From an uncultured Eubacteriales bacterium (lineage in GTDB: Bacteria > Bacillota > Clostridia > Oscillospirales > CAG-272), in contig CAKSSY010000002.1 of assembly GCA_934489945.1 (NCBI GenBank), positions 14,002-78,001 of the forward strand: DNA of 64,000 nucleotides, read 5' to 3'. Shown here piece after piece: positions 45,918 through 54,706 of this stretch (positions are counted from its first letter, which is position 1; each line of letters begins with the position of its first letter). The position numbers and the translations under genes are program-made. The notes under the pieces were generated by a model. That model was not told the DNA's origin. It saw nothing but the letters and a program-made list of their open reading frames with translations, and ran no database searches.

Positions 45918-48131
45918 TTACATACCTTCCAGGAATCTGTCCACCACAAGCTGGCGGAATTGCGGAGAAAGCGATGCAAAATACGCCGTAAAACCTGTCA
46001 CACGCACCACCAGATCGGGATAGGCTTCCGGATCCCGATTTGCCGCCATCAGTTTTTCTCCGTCGAGAATATTGATGTTGATCAGTGTTCCGCCACGCTT
46101 GAAATGCCCCTCAATAAAGGCAAGAATAATGTCCACACCGTGTTCGTCCGCGGCAACCTTCGGATCAAATTCAATCTGAAGCGGCGCGGTATTACCGTAA
46201 CCGCACTGCACATCGGCAATCCCGTTCGACTGTGCCGTAACCGCACCGTCCACACGGAAGTGGGGGTTCGGGTTCGCACCGTGCGAAATCGGCTCTCCGC
46301 GTCGACGACCGTTCGGCGTGGCACCGACCACACTTCCGTATTCAATCGTCCGCGCCCATGAGAACCACCCCGGCACCAATGTCCGACCGCCCGGCATCGG
46401 CTGTGCTTTGACAGCCTTCACCCATGTTTCGGTCAGCCGCTTGGCAAACTCGTCGGAAATTGTCCCGCCGTGACAGTATTTCGGTGACGTATTCATCATC
46501 AGCCGCAGACTTTCATCGGCAAAATTGTTGTCGAGTGCCTCGTAGAGTTCGTCCCACGTCAGTTTCTTTTCTCTCTCAATGCGTGTCACAACGGCACCGA
46601 AAGAATCGGCAACCACGGCAAGTCCCGCACCGTCCACACCGATCGTGAAAAGCCGTGCACACTCGGAGGCATCCAGCCCCTTCTCCAACGAACCGGCAAA
46701 CATCAGATTCATGATCAATTCGGGCGTCACATCGTGAATGTGATCCAGATGCAGGTTGACCCCCGCCGCCGTGACCTCAATGGCTTTTTTCAGATGTTTT
46801 TCAAAGAGCGAATACAGTTTCTCGCTTGAGCGTTCCGTCTCTGTTCGCATTTCTTCCAATGCCACTTCCAAAACTTTGGCAATGTTGATCTTTACCGTGT
46901 CGTTCATCGGAAACTCCAAACCGGGAACACACATCCAGTTGCAACCGACCGCAATACGGCGACGCGCAGTCTCTTTGTCCACACCGTTTCTCATGTAGCC
47001 TTCGCAGAGTGTCTTGTCGCCGCAGAAACGTGGCCATCCGTTTTTGTTTTTCAAAAGACAGGCGACGGCTTTCCGAAGGAAAACCCGATCGCAGTTTTCG
47101 TGAACCCGAACGGTTAAATTGCAGGAAATATTGATGGAATCGGCGGCATCAAGAATCAGATAAGAAAGATGATTGGTCAGATCTCGGTCTTTTTCGTCCA
47201 CACCCGAAATCTGATAATAGTGCGGATCAATGAGAAGCAGATTGGCAATCAGAAATTTCGCCGTTTCATCATCCAGAATTCCTGCCCTGATGTCGTTTTC
47301 ATAGTAAGGCAGAAGAAGTGTGTCCAACTGAAATCCGGCACCGTCGCGCGTATAAATACGCGCGGCGCAGTTGAAGAACGCCACCCATTGGCAAGCCTCG
47401 TGAAAGGTTTTCGGTGCATTCAGCCGCACAGCTTCACAAACGACAAGCATCTTTTCAAGCGATTCCCGAATCTCCGGACGTTCCTCCCCGGGAATCATCT
47501 CGCGGATCTTCTCAATATGCCGATCCACAAAGGCGATAATGGCACGGACACAACGCTCCTCAGCATCGTAAAAATCCTTTTTGTCGGGATGGAGCTTGCG
47601 GTACTTTTCGATCTTCTCCAAAAAACCGCCGAATCCGAGCGAAAGACCGATGGAATAATCGCAGGCAAAATGCGCGTCACCGTCGATACCGGTCTGAATA
47701 TTGTACTTTTTCTGAAGCGGTTTCAACTCATCATAGGGAAAATGCTTTTCGTCCCACCGCTTGCTCCATTGTGCGGTAGCACCGTTCAGAATGGCACAGA
47801 GCTTCTCGTTCTTTTTGATCCAATCCGGCATATAATGTACATCGCCGCGGTAGTTGACCAGCATATCGCGCCACCTGCCGCAAAGCATTTCCATCGGATC
47901 GACATAGGCAGGATGCGCCCCGATCACACGGCAGAAATTCTCTGCCATACCGTCAAGTCCGTAAAAACTGCCGTTTTCGCTGTTGTATGCCGGCTCCACA
48001 TAATACCCCTCCGGCAACGGAACGGTACCGAAATCATCAAGATCGGTATAGCCGTTCTGCCGCTTTTTGGCAAGTGTATGTTCAATTTTGGTTTTCCGCA
48101 TAGCACAAAGTCTGTCCCGATAACTCAACAT
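45918..48131 (-). CDS. glycyl radical enzyme (PFL-like fold) with an atypical active-site loop; substrate unknown
   Basis: 737 aa with GRE blocks TFHEACQW, NLTVRV, VGATPNGRRRGEPISHG and GGTLININILD, plus the C-terminal glycine loop VVRVTGFTAYF (Gly codon at 45993-45995). The Cys loop is VGCNWMCVPG (Cys codon at 46941-46943) rather than GCVE or CC. Confidence 0.8.
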   Translation of the reverse strand: MLSYRDRLCAMRKTKIEHTLAKKRQNGYTDLDDFGTVPLPEGYYVEPAYNSENGSFYGLDGMAENFCRVIGAHPAYVDPMEMLCGRWRDMLVNYRGDVHYMPDWIKKNEKLCAILNGATAQWSKRWDEKHFPYDELKPLQKKYNIQTGIDGDAHFACDYSIGLSLGFGGFLEKIEKYRKLHPDKKDFYDAEERCVRAIIAFVDRHIEKIREMIPGEERPEIRESLEKMLVVCEAVRLNAPKTFHEACQWVAFFNCAARIYTRDGAGFQLDTLLLPYYENDIRAGILDDETAKFLIANLLLIDPHYYQISGVDEKDRDLTNHLSYLILDAADSINISCNLTVRVHENCDRVFLRKAVACLLKNKNGWPRFCGDKTLCEGYMRNGVDKETARRRIAVGCNWMCVPGLEFPMNDTVKINIAKVLEVALEEMRTETERSSEKLYSLFEKHLKKAIEVTAAGVNLHLDHIHDVTPELIMNLMFAGSLEKGLDASECARLFTIGVDGAGLAVVADSFGAVVTRIEREKKLTWDELYEALDNNFADESLRLMMNTSPKYCHGGTISDEFAKRLTETWVKAVKAQPMPGGRTLVPGWFSWARTIEYGSVVGATPNGRRRGEPISHGANPNPHFRVDGAVTAQSNGIADVQCGYGNTAPLQIEFDPKVAADEHGVDIILAFIEGHFKRGGTLININILDGEKLMAANRDPEAYPDLVVRVTGFTAYFASLSPQFRQLVVDRFLEGM

Positions 48132-48141
48132 CTTTCATTCC

Positions 48142-49245
48142 TCAACTTTCCGCAACCGCTTCCGCTTTGCCGGTACGGTTCGATTTTTCCGCCGCCGCAA
48201 TCATGGCAATGACATCGGCATTGAATTCCGCTGTCAGCGTTTCGTGCATGGAAGTTCCGTGCAGAACGTGCGCGGCGTACTGCCACGGCATATTCCGAAA
48301 GGCGGGATCGTCGGGGATTTCCGCCACTTCCAGATCGTTTCCGTAAAGATCGGAGGCTACCGTAAAGGCTTCCCCGTCCGGCACGCCGTCACACCAGACA
48401 ACACCGTCCGAACAAATCGCTTCGGGTCCTGTCGGCATCCGACGGCGCGGCGTGGTCCATGTTCCCTCGGCAACCGCAAAGCCGTTCTTGTAACGCATCA
48501 GTGCGGCAATGTTGTCCTCCACGTTTCCATAGGGCGTTCCGAGATTTTCTCCCACCGACATCACACTCTCCGGCAGACCGCCGAACATCCATCTGGCAAA
48601 ATAACAGCCGTAGCACAAAATGTCGAGATAGGCACCACCACCGCACTCTTTCCGATACCACCATGTGCGACCGCGTTCCTCGTCGGTCATTTCCTCCGCC
48701 CGGTCGGAAACGCCGCGGTGCTTGGCACCCTTTCCCAAAGGACCCGTATGACCATTCAGATAACGAAGTTTTTGCAGTTTTCCGATTTTTCCGCTGTCCA
48801 ATTCTTCCTTCATCTGCCGCACATAACGACGCCACGTAACAGGCCAGTTGACAAACACTTCCACGCCGTATTTTTCTTTCAGCGCGACAATCCGCGCAGC
48901 ATCCTCCGGCGTTGCCGCCATCGGTTTCTCCAGAATGACATTCACACCGCGCCTGGCGACCTCCTCCGCGACCTCCGCTTTGCGGACGTTTTCGCAAAGA
49001 AGATACGCAACATCGGGTTTCACCTCGTCCAGCATAGTTCTGTAGTCGTCAAAGGGCTTCGCACCGCAGTTTTCGACAACATTTTTAAAATTCCATGCAC
49101 GGGTGTAGCGTTTTTCGGTGTTTTCCGGCAACGCCGCGGGAATGTCGGCAACACCGCACAATTCACTTTCGGGTTGTCCTTTGATATAAAGAGCCACCTC
49201 ATTGACGTGCATATGTGCACATCCGATAATAACCGAACGAATCAT
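48142..49245 (-). CDS. Gfo/Idh/MocA-like oxidoreductase with a degenerate dinucleotide-binding motif (paralogue D)
   Basis: 367 aa. The N-terminus is RSVIIGCAHMHVNE instead of GxGxxG/A. EKP is present (ILEKPMAAT). Shares WWYRKECGGGAYLD with paralogue B. Confidence 0.75.
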   Translation of the reverse strand: MIRSVIIGCAHMHVNEVALYIKGQPESELCGVADIPAALPENTEKRYTRAWNFKNVVENCGAKPFDDYRTMLDEVKPDVAYLLCENVRKAEVAEEVARRGVNVILEKPMAATPEDAARIVALKEKYGVEVFVNWPVTWRRYVRQMKEELDSGKIGKLQKLRYLNGHTGPLGKGAKHRGVSDRAEEMTDEERGRTWWYRKECGGGAYLDILCYGCYFARWMFGGLPESVMSVGENLGTPYGNVEDNIAALMRYKNGFAVAEGTWTTPRRRMPTGPEAICSDGVVWCDGVPDGEAFTVASDLYGNDLEVAEIPDDPAFRNMPWQYAAHVLHGTSMHETLTAEFNADVIAMIAAAEKSNRTGKAEAVAES

Positions 49246-49262
49246 AAAAATCTCCTTTCCGT

Positions 49263-50381
49263 TCAGACAATCTCATCGGCACGGACTTCTCTTCCCGTCT
49301 TTGCCGACCGATAGAAGCATTCGATGATCTTTGCGACCTCCAGATTCTGGTGTTCTTTGATGAGATATTCCGCATTGCCTGCCAACGTTTCGAGAATATT
49401 GTCATACATATACCGATGCTGTTCAAAAGGAACCCCTTTGTACTCGCCGTTGTCAAACCATTTCAGTTTTGTCTCTGCCTGGTATTTTCCCACATTCTTG
49501 TAGAGCGTTTCGTTGTTGACCGAAAGTCCCCCGCGGTCTCCGCAGATCACCATGTCGAGGTTCGTCGTCGGCAGGTTGATTGCCCATGAAAACTTGAAGT
49601 TCACCGACATTCCGTTGTCCAGACGCATAAAGCCGGTGGAAAATTCCTCCACATTGAACTCGTGATAATCGTAAGGACGAGGCGTAAAGGTTCCAGCATA
49701 CGCTCCGCTCTCGGCAATGCTGATCATCACATCATCACCACGGCAACCGATCTTATTGTACGCCGAACCGCTGACCGAAACCACCTTCGGGTCTCCACAA
49801 ATCCAAAGCAACGAGTCAATCAAATGAACGCCAAGATCGCAGAAAGGACCGCCGTAGTTGTGTTCCTTCATGTGGAACATACCCCATGTCGGAATTCCGT
49901 AGCGACGGATGAATGCGATGTCGGAGAAATACGGGACCCCCAATTCACCGCTGTCCACAAGAATCTTCGATTGTTGCATATAGTTGCGCCATCTCATACA
50001 TTGACAGGGAAACAGCATCCGTCCGCAACGCTTGGCGGTATCCCACATTTCCTTGGCATCGGCGTAGGTCACGGCAATCGGTTTTTCGCAAGCAACATGC
50101 GCGCCTGCCTCCAGCGCGGCGATCGTCCACTGCTTGTGATAAACATTCGGGGTACAGACCGACACAAAGTCCGGCTTCACCTCATCAAGCATCCGTGCGG
50201 GATCGGCATACCACTTCTCCACCCCGTGCCGCTTTGCCGTTTCCTCAGCAACCTCCGGGCGAATGTCGGCAACGGCGACCACGTCCACAATACCTTTGTT
50301 TCTCAAAATATTCAACGCCGGAAAATGTGCCTGATTGGCAATCATACCGGTTCCGATTATAGCGACTCTGATCTTGTTCAT
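49263..50381 (-). CDS. Gfo/Idh/MocA family oxidoreductase (canonical, paralogue C)
   Basis: 372 aa with RVAIIGTGMIANQAH and VACEKPIAVT. I chose the start at 50381 (AGGGAG Shine-Dalgarno sequence). Confidence 0.85.
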   Translation of the reverse strand: MNKIRVAIIGTGMIANQAHFPALNILRNKGIVDVVAVADIRPEVAEETAKRHGVEKWYADPARMLDEVKPDFVSVCTPNVYHKQWTIAALEAGAHVACEKPIAVTYADAKEMWDTAKRCGRMLFPCQCMRWRNYMQQSKILVDSGELGVPYFSDIAFIRRYGIPTWGMFHMKEHNYGGPFCDLGVHLIDSLLWICGDPKVVSVSGSAYNKIGCRGDDVMISIAESGAYAGTFTPRPYDYHEFNVEEFSTGFMRLDNGMSVNFKFSWAINLPTTNLDMVICGDRGGLSVNNETLYKNVGKYQAETKLKWFDNGEYKGVPFEQHRYMYDNILETLAGNAEYLIKEHQNLEVAKIIECFYRSAKTGREVRADEIV

Positions 50382-50394
50382 GTTCTTCTCCCTT

Positions 50395-51468
50395 TCAAAT
50401 CTCTGTTTGGACGAATCCACCCGATTTCACCGACTTTCTGCCGGCATCCAACGCGGCACAAACGTCAAGATTGATTCCGGGTGTCAGCATTTCGTTGATT
50501 GATTCCTTTCCCCGCAGGAAAGCGATCAGGTTGGCACCGAGAAGGTCAAGCTGTCGATCAGCCTCCGCGTCAATCACTTCGGACGGCTCAACGGGTCTGT
50601 GTTCCGCACCAACGTATACCTTCACGAGATTGCTGTAACGATCACAGACAATCGTCCCCTCGGTTCCGTAGATCACCGGTCCCGATGGCACCTGACCGCA
50701 GTTGAAGGTCAACCATGACCCTTCCAAAAGACCTACGCCATCTCCAAAATCCAGCATCATGGAGCTGTAATCCTCCGCATCCGAGAATCCGGCGGTAAAA
50801 TTCTTTGTCATAGCGCACACACGTTCGGCGCGTTTGCCGAAAATCCACGTAGCAAGCATCGTTCCGTAGCAGGCATAGTCCAAAAAAGCACCGCCGCCGC
50901 GGTCGTGCCGATACCACCAACTTGCCGCTTTTTCTTCGGTCGGCTTTGTCAGGTTGTAGGGTCCCCATGTCGCGGGACTGCGATACGTCACGCGCATCAC
51001 CTTCCCGATTCTGCCGCTGCCGGCAAGCTCTTTGGCAATCCGGAATGCCGGAACCCACGCAATCGGCCAGTTTGTAAGAAACGGCGTATCATTTTTTTGG
51101 GCACATTCGGCTATTTTCACGGCGTCGGCATAGTCCATTGCCATCGGTTTTTCATCGAGCGTCGGAATTTTTTGCGAAAGAAGTCCACAGCAAATGTCTC
51201 CGCGTGACCGATTGTCACTCATCACAACCGCAAGATCGGGCATTTTCGCCGCAAGTTCCCGCCAATCATCAAAAATCCGAAGATCGGCAATGTCAGTCGC
51301 ATTTCCGAGATTGCGAAGCCGCGCCGCGTAAGGTTGATCGTCGACCGGCGGAACATCGGCGGCACCAAGAAACTCCACCTCATCCGTATGCAGGGCAAGC
51401 GTCTTGCGAAGCATCCCCGCGTGCGGATGCGCCATGCCGAAAAAGGCAACTTTCAGTTTATTCATCAT
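50395..51468 (-). CDS. Gfo/Idh/MocA-like oxidoreductase with a degenerate dinucleotide-binding motif (paralogue B)
   Basis: 357 aa with KVAFFGMAHPHAGM, LDEKPMAMD and WWYRHDRGGGAFLD. I chose the start at 51468 (AAGGAG Shine-Dalgarno sequence). Confidence 0.75.
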   Translation of the reverse strand: MMNKLKVAFFGMAHPHAGMLRKTLALHTDEVEFLGAADVPPVDDQPYAARLRNLGNATDIADLRIFDDWRELAAKMPDLAVVMSDNRSRGDICCGLLSQKIPTLDEKPMAMDYADAVKIAECAQKNDTPFLTNWPIAWVPAFRIAKELAGSGRIGKVMRVTYRSPATWGPYNLTKPTEEKAASWWYRHDRGGGAFLDYACYGTMLATWIFGKRAERVCAMTKNFTAGFSDAEDYSSMMLDFGDGVGLLEGSWLTFNCGQVPSGPVIYGTEGTIVCDRYSNLVKVYVGAEHRPVEPSEVIDAEADRQLDLLGANLIAFLRGKESINEMLTPGINLDVCAALDAGRKSVKSGGFVQTEI

Positions 51469-51476
51469 CCGGCTCC

Positions 51477-52568
51477 TTAAAATGTAGTTTCCAGATTTAC
51501 AGTGCTTCCCGTGCGGGCGGCTTCGGGAATCTTGCACATAATTTCCAGAACATGACGCGCGTGTTCAGGACGAAGAACAGGTTCGGTTCCCTTCTCCGCC
51601 GCCCGAATCAGATCGGCAAGACAACAGCACTGACTCTTGAGCTTTGGCGGATTGGTCTCCCAACTTTGCGCCGTAATCCATCCGCGGACACCGATCGCCG
51701 GAGAATCGATATACAGATCGGGAATCGGGTTGGTCATATAGGGTTGCGTCACGGCAATCGTTCCCTGCGTACCGAAAATTTCAAGCTGTGGAGCCTTGGT
51801 TGCCCTCTGTGAAAAACCGGTATCAACAAAACCGATCTTTCCGTTGGCAAACGTCAGCGAGATCAAATATTCATCCGGAATCTTGTCGGATTTGATCTTC
51901 TTGCCGTTAAAAGCCCCCGAGCGCACTACGCGGGCAGGATTTGTGACAGCGGCAAGACAGGAGATTGACTTTGCGGGACCGAACATGGTCGTCACAATCT
52001 GTAAACCGTGAACTCCCATATCGACGAGTGCACCCGCTCCGTCCTCAAAAAACCATGTCGGATCGGCATTCCGGAACTGAAAATACTCCGGACCGCCGTG
52101 TGCCGAATTACACTTGATGTAAGTCGCTTCACCAATCGCACCGTCACGTATCATCTGCTTTGCCACGGCAAGATCGTAACGCATCGGATGAATGGGGGCG
52201 CAGACAAACTTCACCCCTTTTGCCCTCGCCAGTTCAATCTGTTCGGTCATAAGCGCAACGGCGGGGGCAGCGGGCTTCTGAGAAATCAGATGCTTCCCCG
52301 CATTCAGCACCGCCATGTTGATCTCGTGATGAGCCTGGATAGAAGCCGCATCTATGGCAATGTCAAAATCGCACTTTTTGATCATCTCATAAACATTCGG
52401 ATACCACGAGGGCACATCGAACCGGCGCGCAGCAGACTCGGCACGTTCGGGTACAATATCGCAAACCGCCACACACACGGCATTTGCTTCTTTGGCAATG
52501 TTGGGGAGGTATTGCGCGGTGGCAAACATTCCGCATCCGATCACGGCAACCTTCCATTTTTTCATCAT
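51477..52568 (-). CDS. Gfo/Idh/MocA family oxidoreductase (canonical Rossmann, QKP variant; paralogue A)
   Basis: 363 aa with KVAVIGCGMFATAQ and LISQKPAAP. I chose the start at 52568 (GGAGGG Shine-Dalgarno sequence). Confidence 0.85.
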   Translation of the reverse strand: MMKKWKVAVIGCGMFATAQYLPNIAKEANAVCVAVCDIVPERAESAARRFDVPSWYPNVYEMIKKCDFDIAIDAASIQAHHEINMAVLNAGKHLISQKPAAPAVALMTEQIELARAKGVKFVCAPIHPMRYDLAVAKQMIRDGAIGEATYIKCNSAHGGPEYFQFRNADPTWFFEDGAGALVDMGVHGLQIVTTMFGPAKSISCLAAVTNPARVVRSGAFNGKKIKSDKIPDEYLISLTFANGKIGFVDTGFSQRATKAPQLEIFGTQGTIAVTQPYMTNPIPDLYIDSPAIGVRGWITAQSWETNPPKLKSQCCCLADLIRAAEKGTEPVLRPEHARHVLEIMCKIPEAARTGSTVNLETTF

Positions 52569-52603
52569 GAATCCCTCCGTTCGGAATTTTGTTCGGTCGC
52601 CCT

Positions 52604-52661
52604 TTACAAGAAAAGGCTTTTCTGATATAATCATTATAAAACAAAAACCAAAACCGAGCAA
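52604..52661. promoter_or_regulatory. divergent promoter region between the Gfo/GRE operon and its AraC gene
   Basis: Plus strand: TTACAA (52604-52609), 16 nt, TATAAT (52626-52631). Minus strand: TTGCTC (52661-52656), 17 nt, TATAAT (52638-52633). The two -10 boxes are separated by 1 nt (TATAATcATTATA). The palindrome AGAAAAGgCTTTTCT lies at 52609-52623. Confidence 0.45.
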
Positions 52662-52681
52662 TACACAATCTGAATATCTTC

Positions 52682-53608
52682 ATGCACAAAATGAACATTC
52701 GGGAGGAAATTATGCTTTACCGGATTTCCCTGTCCGCCCTGCCGGAGCTTTGCGAAATCTATGAAATCGAGCGAAAAACCGTGTGGCGTTGCGCCGATCG
52801 GCGCAATATCCTCGTTCATATCACCGACGGCAGTTGTCTCTTTGAGATTGACGGCGACGAACTGCTCCTGACGCGTGGCGAAACGCTCTTAATCCCCGCA
52901 GGACAGGAATATACCCGTCGCCCGGCAAACGATGCGCTCTGTCGCTTCGTCTACCTCCACTTCCGCACCGACACGCCAATCTGCGCTGTCACCGAAGAAG
53001 AAGCAACAAACGAACGCCGCACCGAGGATGAGAATGCGGAACCCGGTGTTCCCGTCACACGGCGCGTGCTGTTTTTCCCGCAGGTCAGCCCTGTCGGTCA
53101 GACCGCTGAACAACGGAATGCCCTTCTGCACAAAATCATCACCGAACGCTACGCCCATATGGGACTTTCGCGTACCTTTTCGGCAATCTACCTGTGCGAA
53201 TTTCTTGCATTCCTCGCCTCGGAGTCGGATATCAACGGCAGTGCCAAAACCGGAATCGGACAACACCTCCCACGTCCGTTGCGGGAAGCATTGCTCTATA
53301 TCCGGCAAAATTACGACCGTAAAATCACGACTGAAGACCTCTGTCGGCATTGCGGACTCTCCCCTCAGCATTTGATTCGACTGTTCCGCAAACACCTCGG
53401 AACGACACCGATTCAGTATATCAACCGCAACAAAATCATGCACGCAATCGAAATGCTCCGTACATCCGAACTGACAGTCAAGGAGATTGCTTACTCGCTC
53501 GGCTATGACAATCCCAATTATTTCAGCCGTCTTTTTACGAAACTGGAAAACACCTCCCCCCGTGCCTGTCGCGAAAGAATACGAAGCTATTCAGATACAC
53601 TTGAATAA
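52682..53608 (+). CDS. AraC-family transcriptional regulator (cupin-type sensor + HTH)
   Basis: 308 aa with a cupin-like N-terminal region (LLLTRGETLLIPAGQEY) and a C-terminal HTH (SPQHLIRLFRKHLGTTPIQYI...NPNYFSRLFTKLENTSPRACR). Confidence 0.85.
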   Translation: MHKMNIREEIMLYRISLSALPELCEIYEIERKTVWRCADRRNILVHITDGSCLFEIDGDELLLTRGETLLIPAGQEYTRRPANDALCRFVYLHFRTDTPICAVTEEEATNERRTEDENAEPGVPVTRRVLFFPQVSPVGQTAEQRNALLHKIITERYAHMGLSRTFSAIYLCEFLAFLASESDINGSAKTGIGQHLPRPLREALLYIRQNYDRKITTEDLCRHCGLSPQHLIRLFRKHLGTTPIQYINRNKIMHAIEMLRTSELTVKEIAYSLGYDNPNYFSRLFTKLENTSPRACRERIRSYSDTLE

Positions 53609-53622
53609 TCAAAAAAGGGGAG

Positions 53623-53651
53623 GTAAAAAAACTCAAAATGAGTTTTTTAAC
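53623..53651 (+). terminator. A/T-rich hairpin after the AraC gene sharing a 23-nt core with the terminator at 45375
   Basis: GTAAAAAAACTCA-aaa-TGAGTTTTTTAAC. The core AAAAAACTCAAAATGAGTTTTTT is identical to 45380-45402. Confidence 0.5.
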
Positions 53652-53774
53652 ATCCCGCCGACTTTGGTCGCAGCGGCTGAAAGCCGCCACTTTGCAGCCA
53701 AGAAAATCGAAAAAAACAAAGTCACCGAGGCAAAAACGACCAAGATCGCATCCAAAATCCCGTCCGGCATTTTT

Positions 53775-53814
53775 AAGGGGCTGTTAAAAACATCGTGTTT
53801 TTTAACAGCCCCTT
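53775..53814. terminator. strong hairpin downstream of the convergent HAD gene
   Basis: AAGGGGCTGTTAAAAAA-catcgtg-TTTTTTAACAGCCCCTT is a 17-bp stem. The flanking runs (TTTTT on the 5' side, TTTGG on the 3' side) are weak for either direction. Confidence 0.45.
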
Positions 53815-53864
53815 TGGTTGTCGATAACGTTTTGACACCACAGATGTTTCGACAAAATACACTT

Positions 53865-54692
53865 TTATTCTGCTTTTTCCAGTAACTCCACGAGATCGGC
53901 AATCACACCGTCGTCGTTGGAACAGAGACAATAGTCGGATATTTCCCGAATCGAATCCAGTGCGTTCGACGGGCAAACCGCCACATCCGCCGCGCGGAGA
54001 ATGGTGGCATCGTTTTCAAAGTCGCCGCAGACATAAATCTTCAGAGTTCTACCCTGCCGGCGGTAATATTCGCGGAACGCACCGAGCATGGACGCTTTGC
54101 TCGTTCCCTTCATCTGCATCTCCAACAGATGGTCACTCGAACGGTTGTACTCAAAGACCCCGGGGAATTCCGCCTCCAGTGCCGCACGGATTTCACGAAG
54201 ATTTTCGGAATGATCGGTACAGACAAATTTATACCACCCGTCTTTCCGCCATTCGGAAAACGGAAGTACCGTGCGTGCGTCGATTCCGTAACCCACGATC
54301 TCGGAAATTGACGTCAGGTCTCCCTCTTCCAGTAAATATCCGCCGCGAAAAGAAACACGAATATGAGAATCGGGAAAACGACGCTTGATAAATGCCACCG
54401 CACGGTAGGCAACTTCTCCGTCCATCGTAATCTCGGAAAGTACGTGTCCGGACGCAAAGTCGTATAAGTAAGTACCGTTGCAGAGAATGGCAGGCGCGTT
54501 GACGATCTCCCGTACCCCCGGCACAGCGCGGTCAAGATTGTAGTGCATACGTCCCGTAGAAAGCGAGAAAAGACCGCCTTCCGCCTTGAATCTCTCAATG
54601 GCACGCAGATTGCGCGGCACCGGCACCGCGCCGGTCCCAAAAAAAGTATTGTCAAGATCGGTGAGAATCGCGATCGAATCCAATTTTCCCAT
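53865..54692 (-). CDS. Cof-type HAD-IIB family hydrolase (sugar-phosphate phosphatase-like)
   Basis: 275 aa with motif I (ILTDLDNTF) and motif IV (VCGDFENDATIL). Confidence 0.8.
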   Translation of the reverse strand: MGKLDSIAILTDLDNTFFGTGAVPVPRNLRAIERFKAEGGLFSLSTGRMHYNLDRAVPGVREIVNAPAILCNGTYLYDFASGHVLSEITMDGEVAYRAVAFIKRRFPDSHIRVSFRGGYLLEEGDLTSISEIVGYGIDARTVLPFSEWRKDGWYKFVCTDHSENLREIRAALEAEFPGVFEYNRSSDHLLEMQMKGTSKASMLGAFREYYRRQGRTLKIYVCGDFENDATILRAADVAVCPSNALDSIREISDYCLCSNDDGVIADLVELLEKAE

Positions 54693-54706
54693 TTTTCTTT
54701 CCCCTT

